A stretch of DNA of 64,000 nt. Origin: Rhodocyclales bacterium (GTDB taxonomy: Bacteria; Pseudomonadota; Gammaproteobacteria; Burkholderiales; Rhodocyclaceae). Of this stretch, positions 9,049 through 16,783 are shown piece after piece. A program made the position numbers and the translations under genes. Position 1 is the stretch's first letter, and every line of letters begins with the position of its first letter. The DNA is taken from NCBI GenBank assembly GCA_016183655.1, contig JACPEH010000001.1, positions 280 through 64,279 on the forward strand. Direction: 5' to 3'. Below the pieces are notes generated by a model. It did no database searches, was not told the DNA's origin, and was given only the letters and a program-made list of their open reading frames with translations.

Positions 9049-10185
9049 TCAGACCGGGCTCGGCACCAGGAATTCGAAGCTCAGCGCATCGGGGTTCGGG
9101 TAGTACAGCGACCCCTGGTGCGCGATCAGGTCCGATACCAGCGGCTGCCGCGCCGGATCGTTCCAGTAGGCGGCGCAGGCAGCCAGCGTCGCTGCCGGGT
9201 CGCCGGTCGGATCGGCGGCCATCGTCACCTGCCAGCGTGCCGCCGCGAGATCGCTGAGCATCAGGCTGCGGATCTTCGCCGGGTCGCCGTTGATCTTGCC
9301 CGAGCCAACGCTGTTGCCCCCCTGCGCAACGGCATAGAACATGTACGGATGGTTGGTCGCGAGCACCGGCGTCACGGCGTTGCCGACGATGGTGGCGTGG
9401 GTGGCGACATTGACGCCGAGTTTTGCCGCAGGCGAAAAATCGAGGGTGAAGATGTCGCGCGGGTGGGCGCCATAGACGACCACCGGAATGGTGAAGCCGG
9501 GGCGCCCCGGCGCCCCGTTGAGCAGCAGGCGCACCTGCGCCTTCTGGTAGTCGGTGAAGCACTGGATCGGGATCAGCCCCCACACCGGGTCGCCCTTGGC
9601 GCTCTTCTTCGAGCCCTGATCGTCGGGCGCGGCGATCGGCGTCGCATCCATCACGCATTCGTGCAGCGGCTCGTCGCCGGCGGCGACGCCGTTGGCGCGC
9701 AGCAGCTCCTCCCAGCGCTTGGGCACCGGGTCGTTCAGGTAGTCGCGCATCGGATCGAGCAGGCGCAGCGGCGGGTAGTGGAAGAACTGCAGCGAGCGCT
9801 GGTTGAGCAGCGGCAGGCCCAGCGGCAGGAAGAAGCGCCAGACGTCGCCGGGCTGCGTCGGATCGGGATTCCACTTGCCGGCGGCGACGATCTGCGGCAC
9901 CACGTCGTTCAGCGCCGCCAGCCCGTGCGCAAGGAAGGCCGTCAGCCGCTCGGCGTAGGCGCCGCACGCGCCCTGCGCCGCTGCCGGCCCGTCGAGGTCG
10001 AGCAGGCAGCGGCCGCCGTCGATGCGCAGGTTCGCGGTGAGCGCCGCGTTCCCGTCGCGCTGGAGCGTCTGCGCGAACCAGTGGCCAACGGTGGCGGCAA
10101 GCGTCGCGCCGTCGCCGGCAACGTTCGACGAAAACAGCTTCTCCACGTCCGGCTGCGCGCCGAGGTCGATCGAGCAAAGTGCCAT
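9049..10185 (-). CDS. Hypothetical protein, possible uracil-DNA-glycosylase-like fold
   Basis: 378 aa, strong RBS (GAAGGAGAAGAAGG); VVVYGA and VLATNHPY resemble UDG-superfamily C-terminal motifs (weak). Confidence 0.7.
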   Translation of the reverse strand: MALCSIDLGAQPDVEKLFSSNVAGDGATLAATVGHWFAQTLQRDGNAALTANLRIDGGRCLLDLDGPAAAQGACGAYAERLTAFLAHGLAALNDVVPQIVAAGKWNPDPTQPGDVWRFFLPLGLPLLNQRSLQFFHYPPLRLLDPMRDYLNDPVPKRWEELLRANGVAAGDEPLHECVMDATPIAAPDDQGSKKSAKGDPVWGLIPIQCFTDYQKAQVRLLLNGAPGRPGFTIPVVVYGAHPRDIFTLDFSPAAKLGVNVATHATIVGNAVTPVLATNHPYMFYAVAQGGNSVGSGKINGDPAKIRSLMLSDLAAARWQVTMAADPTGDPAATLAACAAYWNDPARQPLVSDLIAHQGSLYYPNPDALSFEFLVPSPV

Positions 10186-10240
10186 GCCTTCTTCTCCTTC
10201 TTCAGTAGTCAGACAACTCGAATCCGGTTGATGCAACCTC

Positions 10241-10327
10241 CGTCATTCCGGGCTTGACCCGGAATCCAGGGGGCAGGCTCGTACGTTGGCGGGGTTTTCC
10301 TGGATTCCGGCCTTCGCCGGAATGACG
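10241..10327. repeat. Inverted pair of CGTC-type palindromic repeats
   Basis: CGTCATTCCGGGCTTGACCCGGAATCCAG ... CTGGATTCCGGCCTTCGCCGGAATGACG. Confidence 0.9.
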
Positions 10328-10356
10328 AACCTATCCCTCCGTTCCAGCATCACTGA

Positions 10357-11694
10357 CTAGGTGATCGCGCCGTCGATCCGTTCGATGTCGTTGAGGCCGC
10401 GCCAGAGCAGCGGCTCGTGGAAGCAGATCGCGCCGCCGCCGCGGCTCTCCTGCGAACTCATGCGGTTCATGTCGGCGACGCAGATCCAGTCGGCGGCGGC
10501 GTTCGGATCGTCCTCGCTGGCGTGGTCGCCGCGGTCGGCGACCGGCTCGGACACCGCCCACTTGGCATGGTCCTTGGTATAGGACCAGGCAAGGCCGCTC
10601 AGCGGCTTGCCGGCGGCATCGGTGAGCCGGCCGAGGTCGATCGTCGTCACCTCGTCGATCGCGTGCTGGCCGTCGGCGTCGAGAAACTCGTGGTGGTAGG
10701 CGACGCCGTTGTTCTCGGTGACGAAGTCGCCGCTCCCGTATTCCGCCGTGGGTCCGCCGGCGGCGTTGTCCGCCGGCAGCGTCGCGCTCGCCGTCAGGCG
10801 CCGCCAGGTCTCGACGCGCAAGTCGGCGGAAAGGCTCGGCTCGATCCAGTCCAGCCACAGGTCGTGCATCCAGCCGCCGCTCTTGGCGAGCAGGCGGAAG
10901 GTCTTGCCGGCGCGCGAGGAGAAGCTGAGGTCGGCCGGCTGGCGCACCGCTCCGGCCGGCTTGTAGTGCGGCCCGTAGGCCGGCGGCACGATACCCTGCG
11001 CCAGGTTCCACAGCTCGGCCCAGTCGCCGCTTTCGCCGACGCCCGCCGGCAGGTGGCAGGAAAAGATCTGCGGCTCGTGCTGGGTCGCCAGCACCGCGGC
11101 GATGGCGTTGGCGGTCTTGACGCCGTCGAGGGTGATGCACAGGAAGGTCTGCGCGTACTCGTCCTCGTCGGCGGGATAGAAGTAGTAGCGGTCGCCGGCG
11201 GCGTTCAGGTCGGGGATCTTCGGCGTCGAATGCGAAATCCAGAGGGCGCTGTCGCTGGCGAGGTCGAAGGCGAGAATGCCCTTGCAATGGCCGTTGTGCG
11301 GATCGTCGACCGGCTTGTTGCGGTCCTTTTCACGGGCGTTCGCGCCGTTGATCTTCGGTTTCACCCGCGGCGGCCAGTCGCACGGCGAGGCGGCAACGCC
11401 GTCGCGCAGGTCGGCCGGATACTCGTCGTTGTAGCAGATCCAGCCGAGGCCGGCGGGCGGAGCCGAAGCGGCCTCGCCGAACACCTGCCGCAGCGTCCGG
11501 AACCAGGCGCCGCCCGGCCCACTGCCGAGCGTATTCGGCGACAGGGCGAGCGGCTGCCCCTGGGCGGGGTCGTAATACAGGTACTCGTTGCCGGCCGTGG
11601 CCTTGCTGCCGCCGCTGCCGACGCCCTTGGGCAGTTTGTACATGAACCACCAGTCCACCGCCGATCCGTCGCTGTCGTTCAATGCGTTGAGCAT
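10357..11694 (-). CDS. Deoxyribonuclease II family protein (PLD superfamily)
   Basis: VDWWFMYKLP, GHCKG (HxK1), WISHSTPKIP, YAQTFLCI, KDHAKWAVS (HxK2), WICVADMNRMSSQESRGGGAIC; RBS GAGGAG. Confidence 0.92.
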   Translation of the reverse strand: MLNALNDSDGSAVDWWFMYKLPKGVGSGGSKATAGNEYLYYDPAQGQPLALSPNTLGSGPGGAWFRTLRQVFGEAASAPPAGLGWICYNDEYPADLRDGVAASPCDWPPRVKPKINGANAREKDRNKPVDDPHNGHCKGILAFDLASDSALWISHSTPKIPDLNAAGDRYYFYPADEDEYAQTFLCITLDGVKTANAIAAVLATQHEPQIFSCHLPAGVGESGDWAELWNLAQGIVPPAYGPHYKPAGAVRQPADLSFSSRAGKTFRLLAKSGGWMHDLWLDWIEPSLSADLRVETWRRLTASATLPADNAAGGPTAEYGSGDFVTENNGVAYHHEFLDADGQHAIDEVTTIDLGRLTDAAGKPLSGLAWSYTKDHAKWAVSEPVADRGDHASEDDPNAAADWICVADMNRMSSQESRGGGAICFHEPLLWRGLNDIERIDGAIT

Positions 11695-11782
11695 AGGCCC
11701 CTCCTCGCGGCGAATGGTAGCACCGCGGGGCCTGCAGCGGGGACGCCAACGGCATGGTTCCTGCGCAGCGGCCGGCGCCGGA

Positions 11783-11934
11783 CTGGATTCCGGGTCAAGC
11801 CCGGAATGACGGGGAGATCGCCAGCGGCTGCGCGAACGGCGACACCGACACCCGTCAGCGTCACGCGCCATCCGGACCCCGAGCCCCGGACCATCCGGAG
11901 AGGCCCGTCATTCCGGGCTTGACCCGGAATCCAG
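11783..11934. repeat. Two further CGTC-type palindromic repeats
   Basis: CTGGATTCCGGGTCAAGCCCGGAATGACG at 11783 and CGTCATTCCGGGCTTGACCCGGAATCCAG at 11906, identical to the 10241 unit. Confidence 0.9.
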
Positions 11935-11973
11935 GAAATTTCCCCGGCACCCATGACCAGGCCCCGACGCCCC

Positions 11974-12939
11974 TCAGCCGTCCCTTTCCACGCCCATGCT
12001 GCGCACCGTCTTCTCCGCCTCCTCCAGCAGCCAGGCGATGAAGCGCTCGACCTCGGGGCGCATCACGCCTTTCGTGCGCACCAGGTAATAGCCGCGCGCC
12101 GGCAGCTTCTCGCGGCGCACCGCCAGCGGCTTGAGGCGGCCTTCGGCGATGGCGCGCGCGACCAGCGGGCCGCGGCCGAGGGCGACGCCCTGCCCTTCCT
12201 CGGCGGCGCGGATCAGCTGGTCGTAGTGGTTGAAGCGCAGCACCGCCTTCGGCCGCGCGCCGGCCAGGCCGAGGCCGAGCAGCCAGGGTTCCCACGACAG
12301 CCACGGGGCGGCGCGGTCGTCGTCGTAGGCGAGCAACACGATGCGCGAGAAGTCGTCGGCGCTGACGTGCTTGGGCAGCGCCGCCGCGAGTTGCGGCGCG
12401 GCCACCGGAAAGACCTCCTCCTCGAACAGCAGCGTCGCTTCCGGCGGCACCTCGTTGCTGGCGAGGTAGCGCAGCGCGACGTCGAAGCCCTCGCGCTCCA
12501 GGTCGACGACGCGGTTGTCGGCGGAGATGCGCACGTCGACGTCCGGCTGCGCCCCCTGGAAGGCGGCCAGCCGCGGCACCAGCCACAGCGAGGCGATGCC
12601 GACGGCGGCGGTGATCTGCACCTGCGGCCGCCGCTGCGTCGCGCGCAGGCCGGCGCAGACGTCGGCGAGGCGGTCGAGCAGCTCGCCGACGACGCGCTGC
12701 AGCGTCTCGCCCTCGGCGGTCAGCCGCAGCCGGCGCACCTCGCGCTGGAACAGGCGGACGCCCAGTTGCTCCTCCAGCGTCTGGATCTGCCGGCTGATCG
12801 CCGACTGCGTCAGGTGCAGCTCGTCGGCGGCACGGGTGAAGCTCAGGTGCCGCGCCGCCGCCTCGAAGCCTTTCAGCGGGTCGAGCGAGGGCAGCCGGCG
12901 CTGCCGCTCGCGGAGCGTTCGATCGATGCGTTCATCCAT
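11974..12939 (-). CDS. LysR-family regulator (GcvA-like)
   Basis: LPSLDPLKGFEAAARHLSFTRAADELHLTQSAISRQI. Confidence 0.93.
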   Translation of the reverse strand: MDERIDRTLRERQRRLPSLDPLKGFEAAARHLSFTRAADELHLTQSAISRQIQTLEEQLGVRLFQREVRRLRLTAEGETLQRVVGELLDRLADVCAGLRATQRRPQVQITAAVGIASLWLVPRLAAFQGAQPDVDVRISADNRVVDLEREGFDVALRYLASNEVPPEATLLFEEEVFPVAAPQLAAALPKHVSADDFSRIVLLAYDDDRAAPWLSWEPWLLGLGLAGARPKAVLRFNHYDQLIRAAEEGQGVALGRGPLVARAIAEGRLKPLAVRREKLPARGYYLVRTKGVMRPEVERFIAWLLEEAEKTVRSMGVERDG

Positions 12940-12952
12940 GCGTTTTCCTCAT
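12938..12952. promoter_or_regulatory. Putative LysR binding site
   Basis: Imperfect dyad ATGCG-N5-CTCAT containing T-N11-A at the start of the divergent LysR gene. Confidence 0.5.
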
Positions 12953-13059
12953 GTATGGCATGCGACTTTTCCGTTTGTTGCCGCCTTGAAAGGCATCTAG
13001 ATTGGGATCACGGCAATGCCGTACGGAAGATTGAATGCAACTGACGCATGGAGGATAGC

Positions 13060-13407
13060 ATGAACACGAACGTCACCCCGACCCGCCATACCCTCGCCCG
13101 CCGCGAACTGCTGGCGCTCGAACACGCGCGCGGCTTCGTCGTCGATTGCGTTGCGGGCGAACTGTGGATCACCGCCGACGGCGCCGCCGGCGACACCATC
13201 CTCCGTGCCGGCGAACGCCTGCGCCTGGCCGGCAGCCGGCGCGTGGTCGTCTCGGCACTGCGCCCGGCCGTCGTTGCCGCCCGTCCGTGCTGCGGCGAGA
13301 GCCCGATCCGCGAAATCGCCGCCCGCTGCGTGGCGATGGTGCTCGACGGCATCCGCCGCTGGCAGCACGCGCCGCTGGCGAGCTATTCGGTGATCCGGCT
13401 GCGCTGA
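13060..13407 (+). CDS. DUF2917 family protein
   Basis: CVAGELWIT...DTILRAGE motif; divergent from LysR; RBS GGAGGA. Confidence 0.85.
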   Translation: MNTNVTPTRHTLARRELLALEHARGFVVDCVAGELWITADGAAGDTILRAGERLRLAGSRRVVVSALRPAVVAARPCCGESPIREIAARCVAMVLDGIRRWQHAPLASYSVIRLR

Positions 13408-13515
13408 CGAAGCGTTCGTCCCCGGCCCCGTCCGGGGTGGCACCGCCCCGGAATCACGGGCATGGATATTGCTGCCTTTCCGTCACATTCCCGCATCAAC
13501 GCCAAGGAGTCTGCA

Positions 13516-13863
13516 ATGAATGTGACGTCTGCCAACCTCCCCCAAGTCGCCCAGGACTTCGCCCGCCCGGCCGCCAAGGCTCGCGGCAAGGAAGCTTTCA
13601 CCCCGCCGCCGGCAGCGGCCGCGGCGCAGGAAAAACCGGCACCGGCAAAATCTGCCGAGGTGCAGGGACCGAAGGCCGTTCCTCCCGGACTTGAGAAAGT
13701 GCAGGCCCGATTGCAGGAAATCGCGCCGGAAGAGCGGACCCGCGGCCAGACCAATGCGCTCTCGTCGATCGACCGCAACCTTGCCCGCTACGTCGAGCAG
13801 CAGGCCGCCGCCACGGCGAGCGCCCCCGAAGCGCCGACCACCGGCATCAACACCCAGGCCTGA
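13516..13863 (+). CDS. Hypothetical Ala/Pro-rich protein
   Basis: AAGGAG RBS, host-like codon usage. Confidence 0.65.
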   Translation: MNVTSANLPQVAQDFARPAAKARGKEAFTPPPAAAAAQEKPAPAKSAEVQGPKAVPPGLEKVQARLQEIAPEERTRGQTNALSSIDRNLARYVEQQAAATASAPEAPTTGINTQA

Positions 13864-13917
13864 TTTCCGCCGCCTGATTCCCGCCCGGGGCGGCCAGGCG
13901 GTCGCCCCGCCGGCTGC

Positions 13918-14271
13918 CTACAGCCGGTCGTATTTCGCGCGCGAGCCGAAAGCCTTGTCGACCGGATATTTCTCGCCGTTCTTCTCCAGCTTCTTCGCCG
14001 CCGCGTCGAGCAGGTCGATGCCGGCCGCGTCGGCGATCAGCAGCAGGTAGAGGAAGACGTCGGCGCACTCGTCGGCCAGCGCCTCGCGCCCCGCCGCGTC
14101 TTCCGGCAACGCGGCGACCTCGGCGTCGCTCTTCCACTGCAGCAGTTCGAGCAGCTCGGCCGACTCCAGGTTGAGCGAAACGATCAGGTTCCTGAGCGAA
14201 TGGAACTGCTGCCAGTCGCGTTCGTCGCGAAAGCGCAGCAGCGCCTCGCGCACTGCCTCAATGCTGTTCAT
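13918..14271 (-). CDS. MazG-like nucleotide pyrophosphohydrolase
   Basis: FRDERDWQQFH, ELLE, LADECADV, KYPV. Confidence 0.9.
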   Translation of the reverse strand: MNSIEAVREALLRFRDERDWQQFHSLRNLIVSLNLESAELLELLQWKSDAEVAALPEDAAGREALADECADVFLYLLLIADAAGIDLLDAAAKKLEKNGEKYPVDKAFGSRAKYDRL

Positions 14272-14599
14272 GGCGGCTCTCCCCGACCAGCGTCAGATGG
14301 GCGCGCAGGCGCACCATCACCACGTCGCGCCCGAGCAGCGTGACGCTGCCCCGGCGGCGGTTGTCGCCGGTATCGCTGTATTCGAAGACATAGGTGCGCT
14401 GCAGCCGCAGGCGGCCGGCGTCGTCGCGCGCCAGGCGCAGCCCGTCCCCGGCGACGGTGTCGTCGAGCAGCTGCAGGTCCTCTTCGGCGCACGCGGCGCG
14501 CGCCTCGCGGATGCCCGCTTCGCGGGCCTTCAGGCTGTCCAGCCAGAACCAGCAGAGCAGCGCCAGCAGCGCGATGGAAAGAAGTTCGAAGGTCGGCAT
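14258..14599 (-). CDS. DUF3301 family protein
   Basis: LQLLDDTV, YVFEYSDTGDNRRRG. Confidence 0.85.
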   Translation of the reverse strand: MPTFELLSIALLALLCWFWLDSLKAREAGIREARAACAEEDLQLLDDTVAGDGLRLARDDAGRLRLQRTYVFEYSDTGDNRRRGSVTLLGRDVVMVRLRAHLTLVGESRHEQH

Positions 14600-14682
14600 G
14601 GGCGGCAGTTTACCGCCTCTGGAGGCTCGGAACGAAAACGCTTCGGCCGCAGCACGGGCGACGGTGTTAACATCGGCCGACC

Positions 14683-15660
14683 ATGGAACATCCCTACGCC
14701 ACCCTCACCCCGGACCGCGTGCTCGATGCGATCGAGGCCGCCGGCCTCGTCCCGGACGGCCGCCTGCTGGCGCTGAACAGCTACGAGAACCGCGTCTACC
14801 AGATCGGCATGGAGGACGGGCCGCCGCTGATCGCCAAGTTCTACCGCCCGGAGCGCTGGTCCGACGCGGCGATCCTGGAGGAGCACGCCTTCCTCGCCGA
14901 ACTGGCCGAAGCCGAGATTCCGGTGGTGCCGCCGCTGCCTTTCGCCGACGGCACGACGCTGGCGCACCACGCCCCCTTCCGCCTGGCGCTGTTTCCCCGG
15001 CGCGGCGGCCGCGCCCCCGAACTCGGCGATGCCGCGACGCGCGAGTGGATGGGGCGCTTCCTCGGCCGCATCCACGCCATCGGCCGCCTGTCGGCCTACG
15101 CCGCACGGCCGACGCTGGACATCGCCAGCTTCGGCGAGGAGCCGCGCGACTGGCTGGTCGAGCACCAGGCGGTACCGGCCGACCTGTTCGCCGCCTGGAA
15201 GGGCACCATCGACATGGCGCTCGACGGCGTCCGCCACGCCTTCGCCCGCGCCGGCCAGGTGGCGGCGCTGCGCCTGCACGGCGACTGCCACCTCGGCAAC
15301 GTGCTGTGGACCGACGACGGGCCGCACTTCGTCGACTTCGACGACAGCCGCATGGGGCCGGCGGTGCAGGACCTGTGGATGCTGCTCTCCGGCGAACGGC
15401 TGGAGATGCAGGCGCAGCTGCAGGACGTGATCGCCGGCTACGAGGATTTCTGCGAGTTCGACCGGCGCGAGCTGCACCTGGTCGAGGCGCTGCGCACGCT
15501 GCGCCTGATCCACTACGCGGCGTGGATCGCGCGGCGCTGGGACGACCCGGCCTTCCCCGCCGCCTTCCCGTGGTTCGGCAGCGCGCACTACTGGCAGTCG
15601 CGCATCCTCGAACTGAAGGAACAGATCGCGGCGATGGACGAGCCGCCGCTGATCGCGTAG
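14683..15660 (+). CDS. srkA: Stress-response Ser/Thr kinase (RdoA/YihE)
   Basis: LNSYENRVY, KFYRP, RLHGDCHLGN, DFDD, AVQDLWM. Confidence 0.95.
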   Translation: MEHPYATLTPDRVLDAIEAAGLVPDGRLLALNSYENRVYQIGMEDGPPLIAKFYRPERWSDAAILEEHAFLAELAEAEIPVVPPLPFADGTTLAHHAPFRLALFPRRGGRAPELGDAATREWMGRFLGRIHAIGRLSAYAARPTLDIASFGEEPRDWLVEHQAVPADLFAAWKGTIDMALDGVRHAFARAGQVAALRLHGDCHLGNVLWTDDGPHFVDFDDSRMGPAVQDLWMLLSGERLEMQAQLQDVIAGYEDFCEFDRRELHLVEALRTLRLIHYAAWIARRWDDPAFPAAFPWFGSAHYWQSRILELKEQIAAMDEPPLIA

Positions 15661-15691
15661 ACGAACGCCCCCCCCGAAAGGAGCCCGAACG

Positions 15692-16216
15692 ATGTCCCTC
15701 TTCCAGCTCGGCGACAAGCGCCCGCAGATCGACCCCACTGCCTGGGTCGCCGCCAACGCCACGGTGATCGGTGACGTCCGTCTCGCCGCCCACGCCTCGA
15801 TCTGGTGGAACGCCGTGCTGCGCGGCGACAACGACCCGATCGTCATCGGCGAGAACAGCAACATCCAGGACGGCTCGGTGCTGCACACCGACGAGGGCGT
15901 GCCGATGCGCATCGGCGCCAACGTCACCGTCGGCCATCTGGTGATGCTGCACGGCTGCACGATCGGCGACAACGCGCTGATCGGCATCGGCTCGATCGTC
16001 CTCAACCGGGCGACGATCGGCCGCGACTCGATCGTCGGTGCCAACACGCTGATCCCGGAGGGCAAGACCTACCCCGACCGCGTACTGATCGTCGGCTCGC
16101 CGGGCAAGGTGGTGCGCGAGCTGACCGACGAGGAGGTGGCGCGGCTGCGGCACAGCGCCGCGCACTACGTCGACAACGCGCGCCGCTACCGCGAGCAGCT
16201 GAAGGCGATCGGCTAA
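15692..16216 (+). CDS. Gamma carbonic anhydrase family protein
   Basis: LRGD, SNIQDGSVLH, VGHLVMLHGC hexapeptide repeats. Confidence 0.93.
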   Translation: MSLFQLGDKRPQIDPTAWVAANATVIGDVRLAAHASIWWNAVLRGDNDPIVIGENSNIQDGSVLHTDEGVPMRIGANVTVGHLVMLHGCTIGDNALIGIGSIVLNRATIGRDSIVGANTLIPEGKTYPDRVLIVGSPGKVVRELTDEEVARLRHSAAHYVDNARRYREQLKAIG

Positions 16217-16244
16217 AAAACAAAGGGGCCGCATCGCGGCCCCT
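16215..16244 (-). terminator. Intrinsic terminator between convergent genes
   Basis: AGGGGCCGC-ATC-GCGGCCCCT with A-tract on the left. Confidence 0.7.
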
Positions 16245-16264
16245 GCGGGAATGCCGGCGGCGGC

Positions 16265-16693
16265 TCAGCGGGCGCGGTAGAGCAGCGACGGATGGAATTC
16301 GCGCAGGATCTTCTGCATGCCGAGCCGCGTGCGGGTGTTGAGCACCAGCGGCGAGCGCGTGTTGGCGGCGATCTTGCCGTTGTCGGCTTCCTCGCGGTAG
16401 AGGATGACGACGACCACGGCCTCGGCCGGGTCCGTCAGGTCGAGCAGCGCGCAGTCCTCGTCCGACAGCTCCATCTCGTACTGGACGTCGATCGACTCCG
16501 GCGACACCACCGAGAAGGCCAGCTGCGGATCGTCGAGCGACTGCAGCCAGAACACGGTCGGCTTGCCTTCCTCGTGGAACAGCGTGAAGCGCCGGGCATT
16601 CTCGAAGCCGACCAGCCCCTGCGGGAAGTTGAAGACGGTGTCGGGGTTGACCGGCACATCCGTAAGTCCGAACTTGGCGATATCGATTTTCAT
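16265..16693 (-). CDS. fliW: Flagellar assembly factor FliW
   Basis: FPQGLVGFE, WLQSLDDPQLAF, ANTRSPLVLN. Confidence 0.9.
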   Translation of the reverse strand: MKIDIAKFGLTDVPVNPDTVFNFPQGLVGFENARRFTLFHEEGKPTVFWLQSLDDPQLAFSVVSPESIDVQYEMELSDEDCALLDLTDPAEAVVVVILYREEADNGKIAANTRSPLVLNTRTRLGMQKILREFHPSLLYRAR

Positions 16694-16783
16694 GGCGTCT
16701 TCCCGGTTGATGCCACCTGTACAAGCGCGGCGGTTGGTGCAGAATAGGCCATTAATTTAACCCGTGCCGGCGTCACGCGAAAG

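Noticed and set aside
6217-10257. 1346-aa plus ORF and other long overlapping Arg/Ala/Pro-rich ORFs across the window
   Set aside because: High-GC shadow frames over genes with clear family motifs.
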